Assembly: GCA_040954595.2 (NCBI GenBank)
Contig: CM082589.2
Coordinates: forward strand, 9,436,894-9,500,893
Direction of reading: 5' to 3'
DNA: 64,000 nt
Origin: Balanoglossus misakiensis
Lineage: Eukaryota > Animalia > Hemichordata
The stretch's first letter is position 1. Every line of letters starts with the position of its first letter. Positions 40,759-50,820 of the stretch are shown here, one piece after another. The notes beneath the pieces are model-generated. The model saw only the letters and a program-made list of their open reading frames with translations, searched no databases and was not told the DNA's origin. The translations under genes were made by a program, and so were the position numbers.

Positions 40759-42316
40759 GTGATGATGATGATGATGATGATGATGAAACACCATCACCGG
40801 GTCTGCAGAGAGTTGTCACAGAAGAAGATGGGGAAAGCCTCCTTGGTGACTCTACAACATGTCTGGTTTCTTTGAACCAGCTTCTGACCCTTGGCAAAAA
40901 ATCTATTAGGCAAGTCTGTGCATTGAAGTCTTGCAGTGGATTGATATCCTCTACTTCAAAGTTTGTTGGCTCAGCTTTATATCTAAAGTGGGTGAGTGTG
41001 AACTAAATATGGTATATTCTTGACAATTATTGTTAAACTATACCAACTGTAGTGTGCATTGTATGGACAATCACTATGCCAGTATTATTTAGATGAACAG
41101 GAAACTCTAGTTATAATCCTCTGTGGGTGCACATTGTTCCTTTAGGTTTATAATAAAAAACAATAGTCAACTGAAATTGCAAAGTTATCCGTATTAACAT
41201 GTGTTTTATCGTGTCATAGAGAAATCAACATGAAATGATCAAATAAGCATGAATCTTTAAACTGTTTTTTTTTTCAGGAATGCTCAGCTGGTCACCTTGA
41301 GTACGAATGGTGTTCACAACCAATTTTGAACAGGATACTTCATAGTGGTGATCTCTTCACAGCAGCTGCCGTTCTATTGTCTGGTAATAATTATGCCAAA
41401 ATTAATTTTTTGGCAAGCATTCTGTCACTCAGAATTTGCTCCCAGAATACTTACAATAGAATTCAGAAAGCTTATCTAATACCATGTCTTGATGAATTTT
41501 GGATACGACAACAACAAGACATTATTATCTGTTTATTATCTGTTCTTCTGCAGATCGACGACTGAATTGGAATCTTTCCAACAACACATTCTAATGTACG
41601 CTTCCAAGAGGTATGCTTACTCACCACCAGCATACAGGGCCAGAAATATCTTGGCCGCCTTAGACCACAATGCGCACCTAGAAAGGGAAACAAGGAAAAC
41701 TAAAGATGGTCAAGAAATGTGAGTCCAAACAACACTTTATTGCATAATCTTCAAATGTAAATGAATGCCAAAACACATTAAATATAACCACAGTAATCAC
41801 TTTTAAAATGTAGCTTTTGCAGAAAACAAAATGTCATTCTGTGAAAGACAAGCAGTTTAAAAACAAAATTCAAAATAACAATTGAAAGGTGTAAAATCGT
41901 GGTAAAAAAAGAAATGCATGCATACAGCATGTGGCATTGTTGCATATAAAAACAATACAGTAAGTGAAGTAAAAATGATTGCACAAACTAAGTTTTTGAT
42001 CACTGCGTTTCAATCAAAGGTACTACAGAAAATTCAACAAAAAGAGCAACAGATGGTCCGCCGCTCCAGTAAAAGAAGCCAAGTCCTATCCCTACATCAG
42101 GCCACTGATAAAAGATATTCTGCAGAAGAGACTTCAAGATAGAGAAGGAATGAAGAAAAAGAGAGAACTAGAAACTACAGATCCTAGGAGAATATCCATG
42201 CATCTGGCTCAAATACCACCACCACCAACAACTGATCTAGTAAAAGAAAAAATATTGAGACGAACCAGAGAATTGCCTGAATGATTCCATATGTAAATAC
42301 ATGTAGACAAAAAAAA

Positions 42317-45020
42317 CTATTGTAATCTTGAAGGAACAAATCCAGTGTAGCGGGCGAATGGGTCAGGAAATCGGTCCCGGATCTCCCAGACACAGCAACT
42401 GGGAATGACCACACGGTTTCCTGCACCTAAACGACCATACTGCCACATGACATACTGCCTATAGGCAGCATGTCGGTTAGCTGTGTTATTGTCATCATCA
42501 TCATCATCAGTAGCAAAGATTTCTCGCCTGCAGGTCCTAGCCAAGGCCAACACAGCCTCATTGAGCACAAGCACATTGAAATCCTGGTGACAGAAAGATA
42601 ACAAAAGTTAGGTTCAGTAATATGTAAAAAAAAGGAAGAGCCTACAGTCAAAACTCTCTATAGTTGCTGTGTCTGGAAGATCCGGGACCGATTTCCTGAC
42701 CCATTTGCCCGCAACACTGGATTTGTTCCTTCAAGATTACAGTAGTTTTTTGTCCACATTTACATTCATTCACATAAAGTGTAAACCACAAGCAAATTTA
42801 ATGAAATATTTACAAGACTTTCAACTCATATTGTAATCACTCAAGTTTTATTACTGACAGTGACATAGATGACATGCTGTTGTCATTTACCAAAATGTAA
42901 CATTTTTAAAGGGACGAAGTCTCTCTCTCTCACTGCCCTTTTTCCAGTGATTTTGCTTGATACAAGACACTGTTCATGTTATTCTACATGTGGATATATA
43001 GTGAATCAACATTCGACCAAACACACCTCCCATTCCTGCTTGTAGACACAAGAGTGAAAAACTCACCAAAATAAATAAACGGTCTCTACCATTTATTCAT
43101 TCTGGGCAAGTTTTTACTTCGCATGATACAAGTGGGATGGAAGGTGTGTGTGGTTGAGCGTTGATTCACTATATATCCACATGTAAATTAACATAAATAG
43201 TGTCTTGTATCAAACATAATTAATGGAAAAAGGGCAGCGAGAGAGAGACTTTGTCCTGGGAGGTGTGTGTGGTCGAACGTTGATTCACTATATATCCACA
43301 TGTAGAATAACATAAACGATGTCTTGTATCAAACATAATTGATAGAATAAGGGCAGCGAGAGAGAGACTTTGTCCCTTTAACTTTAGAATAATCAGTTTG
43401 TATTGATGTTTTGTTCTGAAGATTTTGTAAATTTGTCAACAAAGATGTTTTCTATAGCACACTACTCGACGATTTCCTTACACTGCCATGCCAAATGTGA
43501 CAATGAAGCTGCACTGGCCACCAGTACTTCACAGAATTTTTTTTATATATATATTTAGTTGTGTTGATGTCAACACCAACTTCCAAAGGGAATTTTTATA
43601 TCATTGTTTTCTTGACTTCAGAAAGCAATCTCAGGTTTTGAATAATAGTGGTGTGTTTCCAGTGTCTCTTTAAATTTCAATGTTTATCTGACCTCTGTAT
43701 TGGTATATGCAGAATCTAACACTAGACGTCTCAATATATGCATAATGCACAAATTATAAATTCCTGTATCGTGTTACAAATACATATTTCTGTATACTTT
43801 GAGTTTGTAACCTGTTCTTCCAAAGTTCCGTCCTCAACACATGCACTCTTTTCACAACCCTTCAGGTTGGCTCTAAAACTTCTGACAAAAACACACAAAC
43901 AACCAGCTTTGCTTTGCTATATGCAAACCATTGTGGATATACTTTGCAAAAATGTTACAGGAAGTACAGTTTGACTGTAGCCAGGTTAGTGGAACTGAAT
44001 GTGTTCAATTTAACTTAGAGTTCAAATTTTCAGTTCATAGAGGTTTAGTAGTGAGTCCTTGTAGAATTATATTCATGTACAAGTTAAAATCCAAAAGCTT
44101 ACTTGACTTACCGGTGATCTTGAGATGCAGTTTTGTGGCTGTTTATCGCAGCACATTTTCTCCATTTCTGTTGGCATCTGCCGACAGTGACTGCAAATGC
44201 ACCAGTCAGGTGATTGAGTTGCTGAGGGTGGGTGGTATCCCTGCTGTTCTAGTGTTACTGGGAATATGAGATTAAACATCAAACCAGGCTGCCAATCAAC
44301 CATTTGTAGCACCATTCTTTGCAGTTCATCGTTTTTCATGTGTTCAACAGCAGCCTGTGGACAGATTGTTAACAATTTCATTGAATGATACAAACAGCAT
44401 TATTTTTATTGTTTTGTTTTATTTATATATGTATGAAATAAATGTATGTTTTTAAAGTTTACCTCCATTCTTTGTCTCCTTTGTTGTAGTTGGGCAACAG
44501 CATCTCCAACAGATACGGATGTTGCACCCCTCCTACCCCTTCCACGTCGTCGGCTTGTACTCCCCCGAGCTGCAACACTTCCTCCTCTCTCAGTCTCACC
44601 ACCTCGACCTCTACCCCTACCACGGCCTCGACTTGTACTCCCCCGAGCTGCAACACTTCCTCCTCTCTCAGTCTCACCACCTCGACCTCTACCCCTACCA
44701 CGGCCTCGACTTGTACTCCCCCGAGCTGCAACACTTCCTCCTCTCTCAGTCTCACCACCTCGACCTCTACCCCTACCACGGCCTCGACTTGTACTCCCCC
44801 GAGCTGCAACACTTCCTCCTCTCTCAGTCTCACCACCTCGACCTCTACCCCTACCACGGCCTCGACTTGTACTCCCCCGAGCTGCAACACTTCCTCCTCT
44901 CTCAGTCTCACCACCTCGACCTCTACCCCTACCACGGCCTCGACTTCTACCATGTTGTCCTCTACCTCTTTCATTTGTACTTGGGCTGGATTCTCTTTCT
45001 GCGTTATCTATTTCACTTGT
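42317..45020 (-). CDS. KolX-like accessory protein with P2X7 C-terminal ballast-like Cys-rich domain and RG repeats; 5' exon not identified
   Basis: Phase-0 exons 45020-44463, 44354-44112 and 42583-42317 join into 355 open codons plus a stop. Motifs [21 protein letters not shown] and [43 protein letters not shown]. Confidence 0.85.
42910..43377. mobile_element. Kolobok MITE nested in the KolX intron, with a ~120-bp right-arm duplication
   Basis: TTAA at 42906 and 43378. AGGGAC..GTCCCT termini. The right arm is repeated at ~43141-43257 and ~43261-43377. Confidence 0.9.
44553..44946 (-). repeat. 78-bp coding minisatellite, 5 copies ([26 protein letters not shown])
   Basis: Essentially identical in-frame 26-codon units within the KolX exon. 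Confidence 0.95.
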
Positions 45021-46699
45021 CTGGAAAAAAAATAAGATTTTAAATTGAAAAATGGTAATAAATAATTTTGTACATGCAGTTATATTGCAAATCATGCAAT
45101 TTCATGAATTAGGTGAAATTTGTGAACATAAATCCATTATTCATATGCATGTAAAATCCAGACGTGTACAATGATTGCCCTCTACCAAAATAATCAAATT
45201 TGCTCACTAACCCAAACAGTAACATCTCTCCCCTAAGAAAATCAATAAGTTTGTGTTTCTTCTGGACAGGGATGGGGCATGGTGCATATCCCCTGTAAAT
45301 GCATGCCATTCAAATTCAAGCCCACTGCTTGGTTCTATTTTTTATCACTTGGTTTTCACTCACTGCTTCTTCAGATCACAGAATCAATGAATTTAATCGG
45401 GGAGTTTCACACCTCTTGTGTACATCATGTGTAATGCAACAATCACTATAAAATACCTGCGATCGCATAACTTCGTGTTCAAAGCCAATTGAAATGTAGA
45501 CCTAACATTTTTTTTTCTTATTCACCTATAAAAGTTCCGCTAAACTTATGACACGTAATTTTTGGCCAGCCTTTGTTTGTTTTCTTAGAACACGGGTTTT
45601 GACTATCGTTTCATCCATAGTGATACATAGCTTTATTTGAACGATCATTATCCATTTCCTGTCTCTGTTCGTGTTCATGACGCTTTGATACAAAAGAAAT
45701 GTCAACAACATGCTATGCAACAGTTACCAAGCATGACTCGCAAACTTTTAATTCGAAATATTCTATGCATATTTTTCCCCGGTGCAAGTGCATGCACTTG
45801 CTATATTCATAATAATAATCCCCCTGTTTATTAGCGCGTGAGCAGATGATAATGAGTACTCGATAGGGGCCGATCGGCATCCGGTCTAGTTCATGTACAT
45901 TACGGCATCTACAGCTAGCTGCCAGCTGTCGATGTCACCGTAGTGCAACCCCAGTGCAACCCGGCGTCTACACGTACTTATGCTTACGTGTATTTTCGTT
46001 AGGAGTTTACAACTGGTGATCACGTCATATTTGAAATAGAAATCAGTGCACCGTGGAACAAGAAAGCGGCCTAAAGAAACCGTAAATACTCAGCGAAAAT
46101 TTAGATAAATCCCGGAACGTGAAAACAAGAATCAAAACAAACAAATGAACGTCGCGATGTACGGTAAATCACCGGCATCTCCATCTGACATCGTAAAGTT
46201 TACCTTCTTTATCATTGTCAATGTCAATGTCATTCATAAAAAACATTCTCTACTAATTTTCTCTAGTTTACAGAATTCTATAAGTATTCGTATATGTACT
46301 TACCTCGCATTCCATTGTTGTGATCCAGGACCAGGGTCATGAACGTACGTGACCAGGTCATTGACTGAAGCACATGTGTGTGTTGACATTGTGACGCAAC
46401 CGCAATATGCGTAGTTTTTCACTTCGCGGGAGGTCAACATGGCGGTCGATCGAAATCGCGCGCACGGCCAGGCAGAAATCCAGTCTTTAGCCTAAACGGC
46501 GAAAACGTAGTTCAGGGTATTCTTCAAGCAATGTGTGGTCATTATATGTCATAATAATGGATTTGACGTAAGTATTTAATGGAGTTTGGAGGCAAAAAGA
46601 GAGAGACTTTGTCCCTTTAATTATCTAATTTATGCATTGTTAACAATGCACTGTGACGTTTACTGCATGTAATTTTTTTCCCCTGTGGAAACTTACTAT

Positions 46700-47290
46700 G
46701 CTTTGAATACATGTTCCCTAATGGGGTGTTGAAGGATACAGTAGGATCTGTTTCTGTAGCAAATATGACACTGTTTTCAACATATTTGACTGGTGGCAAT
46801 ATGTGATATTATGTTGGTATCCATCATGTAACTCAGATCACCTATATGAAGCTCCATACCAAATTTCACAGAAGTCGGCTGATCAATTCCAGAAAAGTAG
46901 ATTTTTTACCAAAAATGTGGAAAAAGACAAAAAATGCATAAAAAGTAGAAAATTCACACTATTAGATTAAAACACACAGAATGTGTAAGGCTAATATAAG
47001 GTACTATCATACCATTTTTCAAATCAATATGACCAGGAGTTGTTGAGTGTCTGAGTTTTGACCAAATTAAGGTTTTTCCCGGCTAATTTGCATATTTCTG
47101 GTAATGAAAAATTTGTTTGAACAAACTCCCATCTACAGCCTAGCATGCATCTACACACCAAATATCAAGGTTATTGGCGCAACGGTTTTCAAGTTTTTGA
47201 TGTGTACACATACATCCATCTATCCGTCCATACGTCCATACAAAAGGTCCCACTGGTATACACAAAAAATGTAACACTTAACATCTTACA
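46700..47290 (-). mobile_element. Degenerate Helentron/DINE-like interspersed repeat remnant
   Basis: (CATC/CGTC)-like microsatellite at ~47208-47242 and a CTAATTTGCATAT motif at ~47082. The segment 46833-46962 is homologous, inverted, to 55110-55240. Confidence 0.45.
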
Positions 47291-48224
47291 GTACAGGGCC
47301 TTGCTAGTTGATGTGGTACAATTCTATCATATCACTTCACAGCTGGTAGCCAAGGGCAGTGTTTGCACAGAGGAGTCTCCTGAATGTCTTCGCTCGTTTG
47401 CACATCTTCAGTGATAATGTCTGGATTACATTGACATGAAACTGTTTGTTCAGTAGTCTTTCAACTGCCAGCCGCCTGGGTTCATTTTACAGCATAAACA
47501 CTGAAAATATTGTAGCAGTCAATAATATAACCTACACACCGTGTAAAATTCACCATGTTCTAAAGATATGTTGATGTCTAATGTGCATTGTGACGTACAG
47601 GGCATGCAAGGCTAAAGCTTGTCAAAAGTTGACAAAGAAAAAGACCAGACCAGGTGCCTGTTTTAAAATATGCTTCTTTCCAAGGACCTTGGTGATGAGC
47701 AATGAATTGGGGAATGTTCATGAGACCCATTCATTTCACTGGACCCGCATATGTAATGATATGACCATGAAATTGAACTGTTCCCAGGAGCTACTGAGAG
47801 TTGCCTTGTTTCACCCCCAAGTTACTACCTGGGGTTTTTTACAATGTCAACAGTAGTTCCAAAAATGTTGTACTTTTATGAATAATCAATTAGGGTAGAT
47901 TTATTCGTGGTAGTAAAACATTCTGGCCTGCAGCTGCCAAAACAAAGACAATTACAAGTAAGGGACTGGACGTAAACTACTAAGGGGGATGGCAGGGGAA
48001 TTGACGAAAGCGATGGCCTCAAATTAATGACCCTCCCCAAGTTACGGACTCCGAAAAAAATATGGCCCGTCCCCCCAAACGTGAGCACAAAAATTTATGA
48101 CCCTCCCTTAATGCAAAAATATAACTATAAAGATCTTCACATCATCAATATTGTACTTGTAACTTGATTTGTACAGTGTACTGTAAATAAAAAGCACAAT
48201 AACAATGCTCCATATTGGTGAGTA

Positions 48225-49248
48225 TAGTGCAGGAGCTAAACCCAAATTTTGGCATAATTGTGCACTTTGGATTAAAAGCATGAAACTTGGTACACTTATG
48301 CATTGAGCCATGGCGGCCATTTTCTGATATGGAACCAACATGACAGCGCCCTCTAGTGGCCAGAAACATACATTGATACTTTAAAATTGTGCACTTCCGG
48401 TTAAAAGAATTAAATTTGCTACAATTATTCATTGACCCATGGCGGACATTTTCCAATATGGATCCCAAAAGACAGCGCCCTCTAGTGGCTAGAAACTGAC
48501 ATTTACTCTTTTCCCCCATTAATGACACTTTTTGGGCAAGTTTAACACTCAGAGACAGGAATGTGGGTTGTAAAACATGCTTGCTGTCATACATTCCTTT
48601 GGATATTATCCTAATCCTGATGTACATATATCAAATCAATCTTGTATGTTACTAATTGAACGATTTGCTCTTCGAAATAACAGAACCAGTTGAATACACA
48701 AAGTCATGCAAAGGGGTAAGACAACACTTCTTCTCCAGAAAGTCAAGGGTTCTCGAGAATACAGGCAGCTCCTAAAGAACATGTGCTATGAGAAACCTAG
48801 CAAAGCTATATCAAATCAACAGAATCCCAGTGGAAATCAAGTTGAACAACTCTTAGTCAAGCCCAAGAAAAGAGTCAACCTCAGGAAATCAGTTGCAAAA
48901 AGTCATGCACATGTTTCTGTAGGTGCTTTAGGTCTAGTCGTACAGCACTGCTCTTTGTTTCTGTCATCAAGATTGATCTGATACATGTACATCAGGATTA
49001 GGATAATATACACATCAATGTATGGTAGCAAGCATGTTTTACAACCCACATTCCTGTTTCAAGTGTTACAAATGACCAAAAAGTGCCATTAATGGGGGGA
49101 AAAGTGTGAATGTCAGTTTCTGGCCACAAGAGGGCGCTGTCATTTCGGAACCATATCATATAATGGCCGCCATGGGTCAATGCATAAGTGTACCAAGTTT
49201 CATGCTTTTAACCCAAAGTGCATGATTTTTTGGTTAACTGCCCTACTA
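48225..49248. mobile_element. Foldback non-autonomous DNA transposon with ~300-bp imperfect TIRs (TAGT..ACTA termini; possibly Academ-like)
   Basis: 48225-48645 is the reverse complement of ~48968-49248. The left arm carries a ~128-bp internal duplication. Confidence 0.75.
48343..49140. promoter_or_regulatory. Three CTCF-consensus-like motifs (~48343-48362, ~48472-48490, ~49121-49139) with adjacent YY1-like ATGGCGGCCAT
   Basis: CAGCGCCCTCTAGTGG twice and TGGCCACAAGAGGGCGCTG once match the CCASYAGRKGGCRS consensus, the last with one mismatch. Binding is not demonstrated. Confidence 0.5.
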
Positions 49249-49249
49249 C

Positions 49250-49795
49250 AAATCTAGGCACCTACAATGGCCTTGCATGGAGAGGCCCACACCCTACAGA
49301 AGTGCAGACTCTAGCTTTGTCGGAAGCATCGCAGAAGTGATAAGTTTAGGGTTTAGCTGCGGAACCGATCGCTCTATATGTACACGCTCGGTCGCCGATG
49401 ATCTCTCCCGATCACATTTTCTGTCATTAAAAATTAATGACAATGGAACACTTTCTGTGATTGTTGATGGTAAAACAGTTCCGTTGGAACAACATGGATT
49501 TCCACAGCACATACCTGCTACAACAGAAAGTCTAGAAATCATGAATGTCTTTCTTCAAAGAGTGCATATCTGCACAGGTGTTCCCAAGCGCAGCCATTAT
49601 CATATCATGTTCGCCAAAACCATTACTGTTGAGACTAATCACGGTGAAACTGCGGCTGGTAACTACAAGCAGATCATCAGGGATGTTCGCTGTTCCCTCC
49701 TCCTTCCTGTGACCAGTTATGGCCGTACTTGCCGAAGATGCCAAAAAACGTACGACTACGTCAGCCAAAAAACAACCAACAAAGTGTCCCAACAG
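49250..49795 (+). pseudogene. Orphan exon of a probable DNA transposon protein (Cys cluster like N-terminal regions of invertebrate P/THAP9-type transposases)
   Basis: Open frame with ICTG..IRDVRCSLLL..TCRRC, ending at the donor CAG|GTAAT. No catalytic exons follow. Confidence 0.4.
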
Positions 49796-50004
49796 GTAAT
49801 ACTAACATATCATAGAATGCAATGCATCGAACATTATTGATTTGCATGTTACGTATAGTTCTATAGTGGATGTAGAATCCCGGAGAGACTAATATGATCA
49901 CATGGTACATTTCATAAACAGAATACTTTAATTTCTTGTAAATATGAAATACAGTGAATAAATAAAATGTATCGGCAGTGCAAAATGTAAACCAACAGTG
50001 GAGT

Positions 50005-50592
50005 TCATTCCCCACACCTCATACATTTAAATGGAAGGTCACTATCATTTGCGTGTCCCATGTACTCAGTGAGGGATAAACCAGAACATTCCTGGTGCAG
50101 CCACCCAAGACAAGCATCACACTGAATCCACGCTTCTCCACTGACGTACGAATCCCCACACATGCAACACTCGCTCTCTGAACTCCCTCTTTTCTTCTTG
50201 ATGGTTTTTCCCTTACCCTTTCCTTTGCCCTTCCCTTTCCCAACCCGTCCTGCACATGCCGACTGGGTGGCCGTGACTGACTGTGTTGTAGAGACATTTA
50301 TCGCTTTTCTTTTTTGGATTTCCACGCGATGGGCTGACGATTTTGCACGACCAATCTTATCTAGCAGCGATTTCCTATATTGATTATTTGCGATGCGGAA
50401 ATATCGCCGAACAATATCATTGAACAATTCAACTATTACTCCAGACTCTATGTCAACAAACAGGCGTTTCCAAGCACTCTGCAAATTTACGTCACCGAGC
50501 AACTTATTTTCGGCGTGACTAATAACTTTGCCCCCAAAGACATTCAAAGCTTTCCAACTCCACTGATACGTCAAAAAGCAACACACACGAAT
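50005..50592 (-). pseudogene. Terminal exon encoding a basic GK-repeat linker and a C-terminal PHD finger, probably transposon-borne
   Basis: CCMC..WIQCDACLGWLHQEC..FKCMRC fits the C4HC3 pattern. A polypyrimidine tract and AG acceptor lie at ~50593. Upstream exons were not found. Confidence 0.7.
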
Positions 50593-50820
50593 CTAATTGG
50601 TAAAAAGGGAGAAGAAGGGGTCATTCAAGCGCCATCGCGAAATGGTTACAATGAATTTCTACTTCGCTGCGAATATATGCAGTGATTTTCAAACCCAGCA
50701 CTTAAATTCCCAGTAATTATAATGTACAAATACATTTCGACACAATGGCATCCATATGTGACAATATTAGGCTCAATATCGCATCTAAACTACAATAGTA
50801 TTTCCTTTGTCTCCCAGCAG

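Larger units (their letters stand above)
36008..42284 (+). pseudogene. Kolobok transposase, multi-exon, inactivated
   Basis: GT-AG exons at about 36008-36223, 36834-36944, 37201-37326, 37665-37778, 38652-38705, 38982-39080, 39319-40991 (LINE-split), 41278-41525, 41553-41718 and 42020-42284. Motifs include INIFSEIHRWNEI..VAKVLIDR, ECSAGH..WCSQP..AAAVLLSGNNYAK, TTELESFQQHILMYASKR..ARNILAALDHN and RWSAAPVKEAKSYPYI. Lesions: a frameshift in A8 at 36091-36098, the LINE insertion, and an apparent core deletion near 41525. Confidence 0.85.
35716..46616. mobile_element. Kolobok DNA transposon, 10.9 kb, defective
   Basis: Perfect 27-bp TIR AGGGACAAAGTCTCTCTCTTTTTGCCT. TTAA target duplication at 35712-35715 and 46617-46620. 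Two convergent intron-containing genes (transposase and KolX-like). Confidence 0.92.

Noticed and set aside
39695-40897. 400-aa ORF as a real chimeric gene
   Set aside because: The first ~46 codons are the antisense of the duplicated transposase exon (poly-Ser from GAT repeats), in frame with the truncated LINE by chance.
44446-45048. Plus-strand Pro-rich, Thr/Ser-rich and His-rich repeat ORFs
   Set aside because: They are shadows of the 78-bp repeat. Only the minus RG frame has splice sites in phase with the KolX exons.
35716-46616. piggyBac assignment because of the TTAA TSD
   Set aside because: The termini start with AG rather than CC/YY, and the protein motifs and convergent second gene fit Kolobok.
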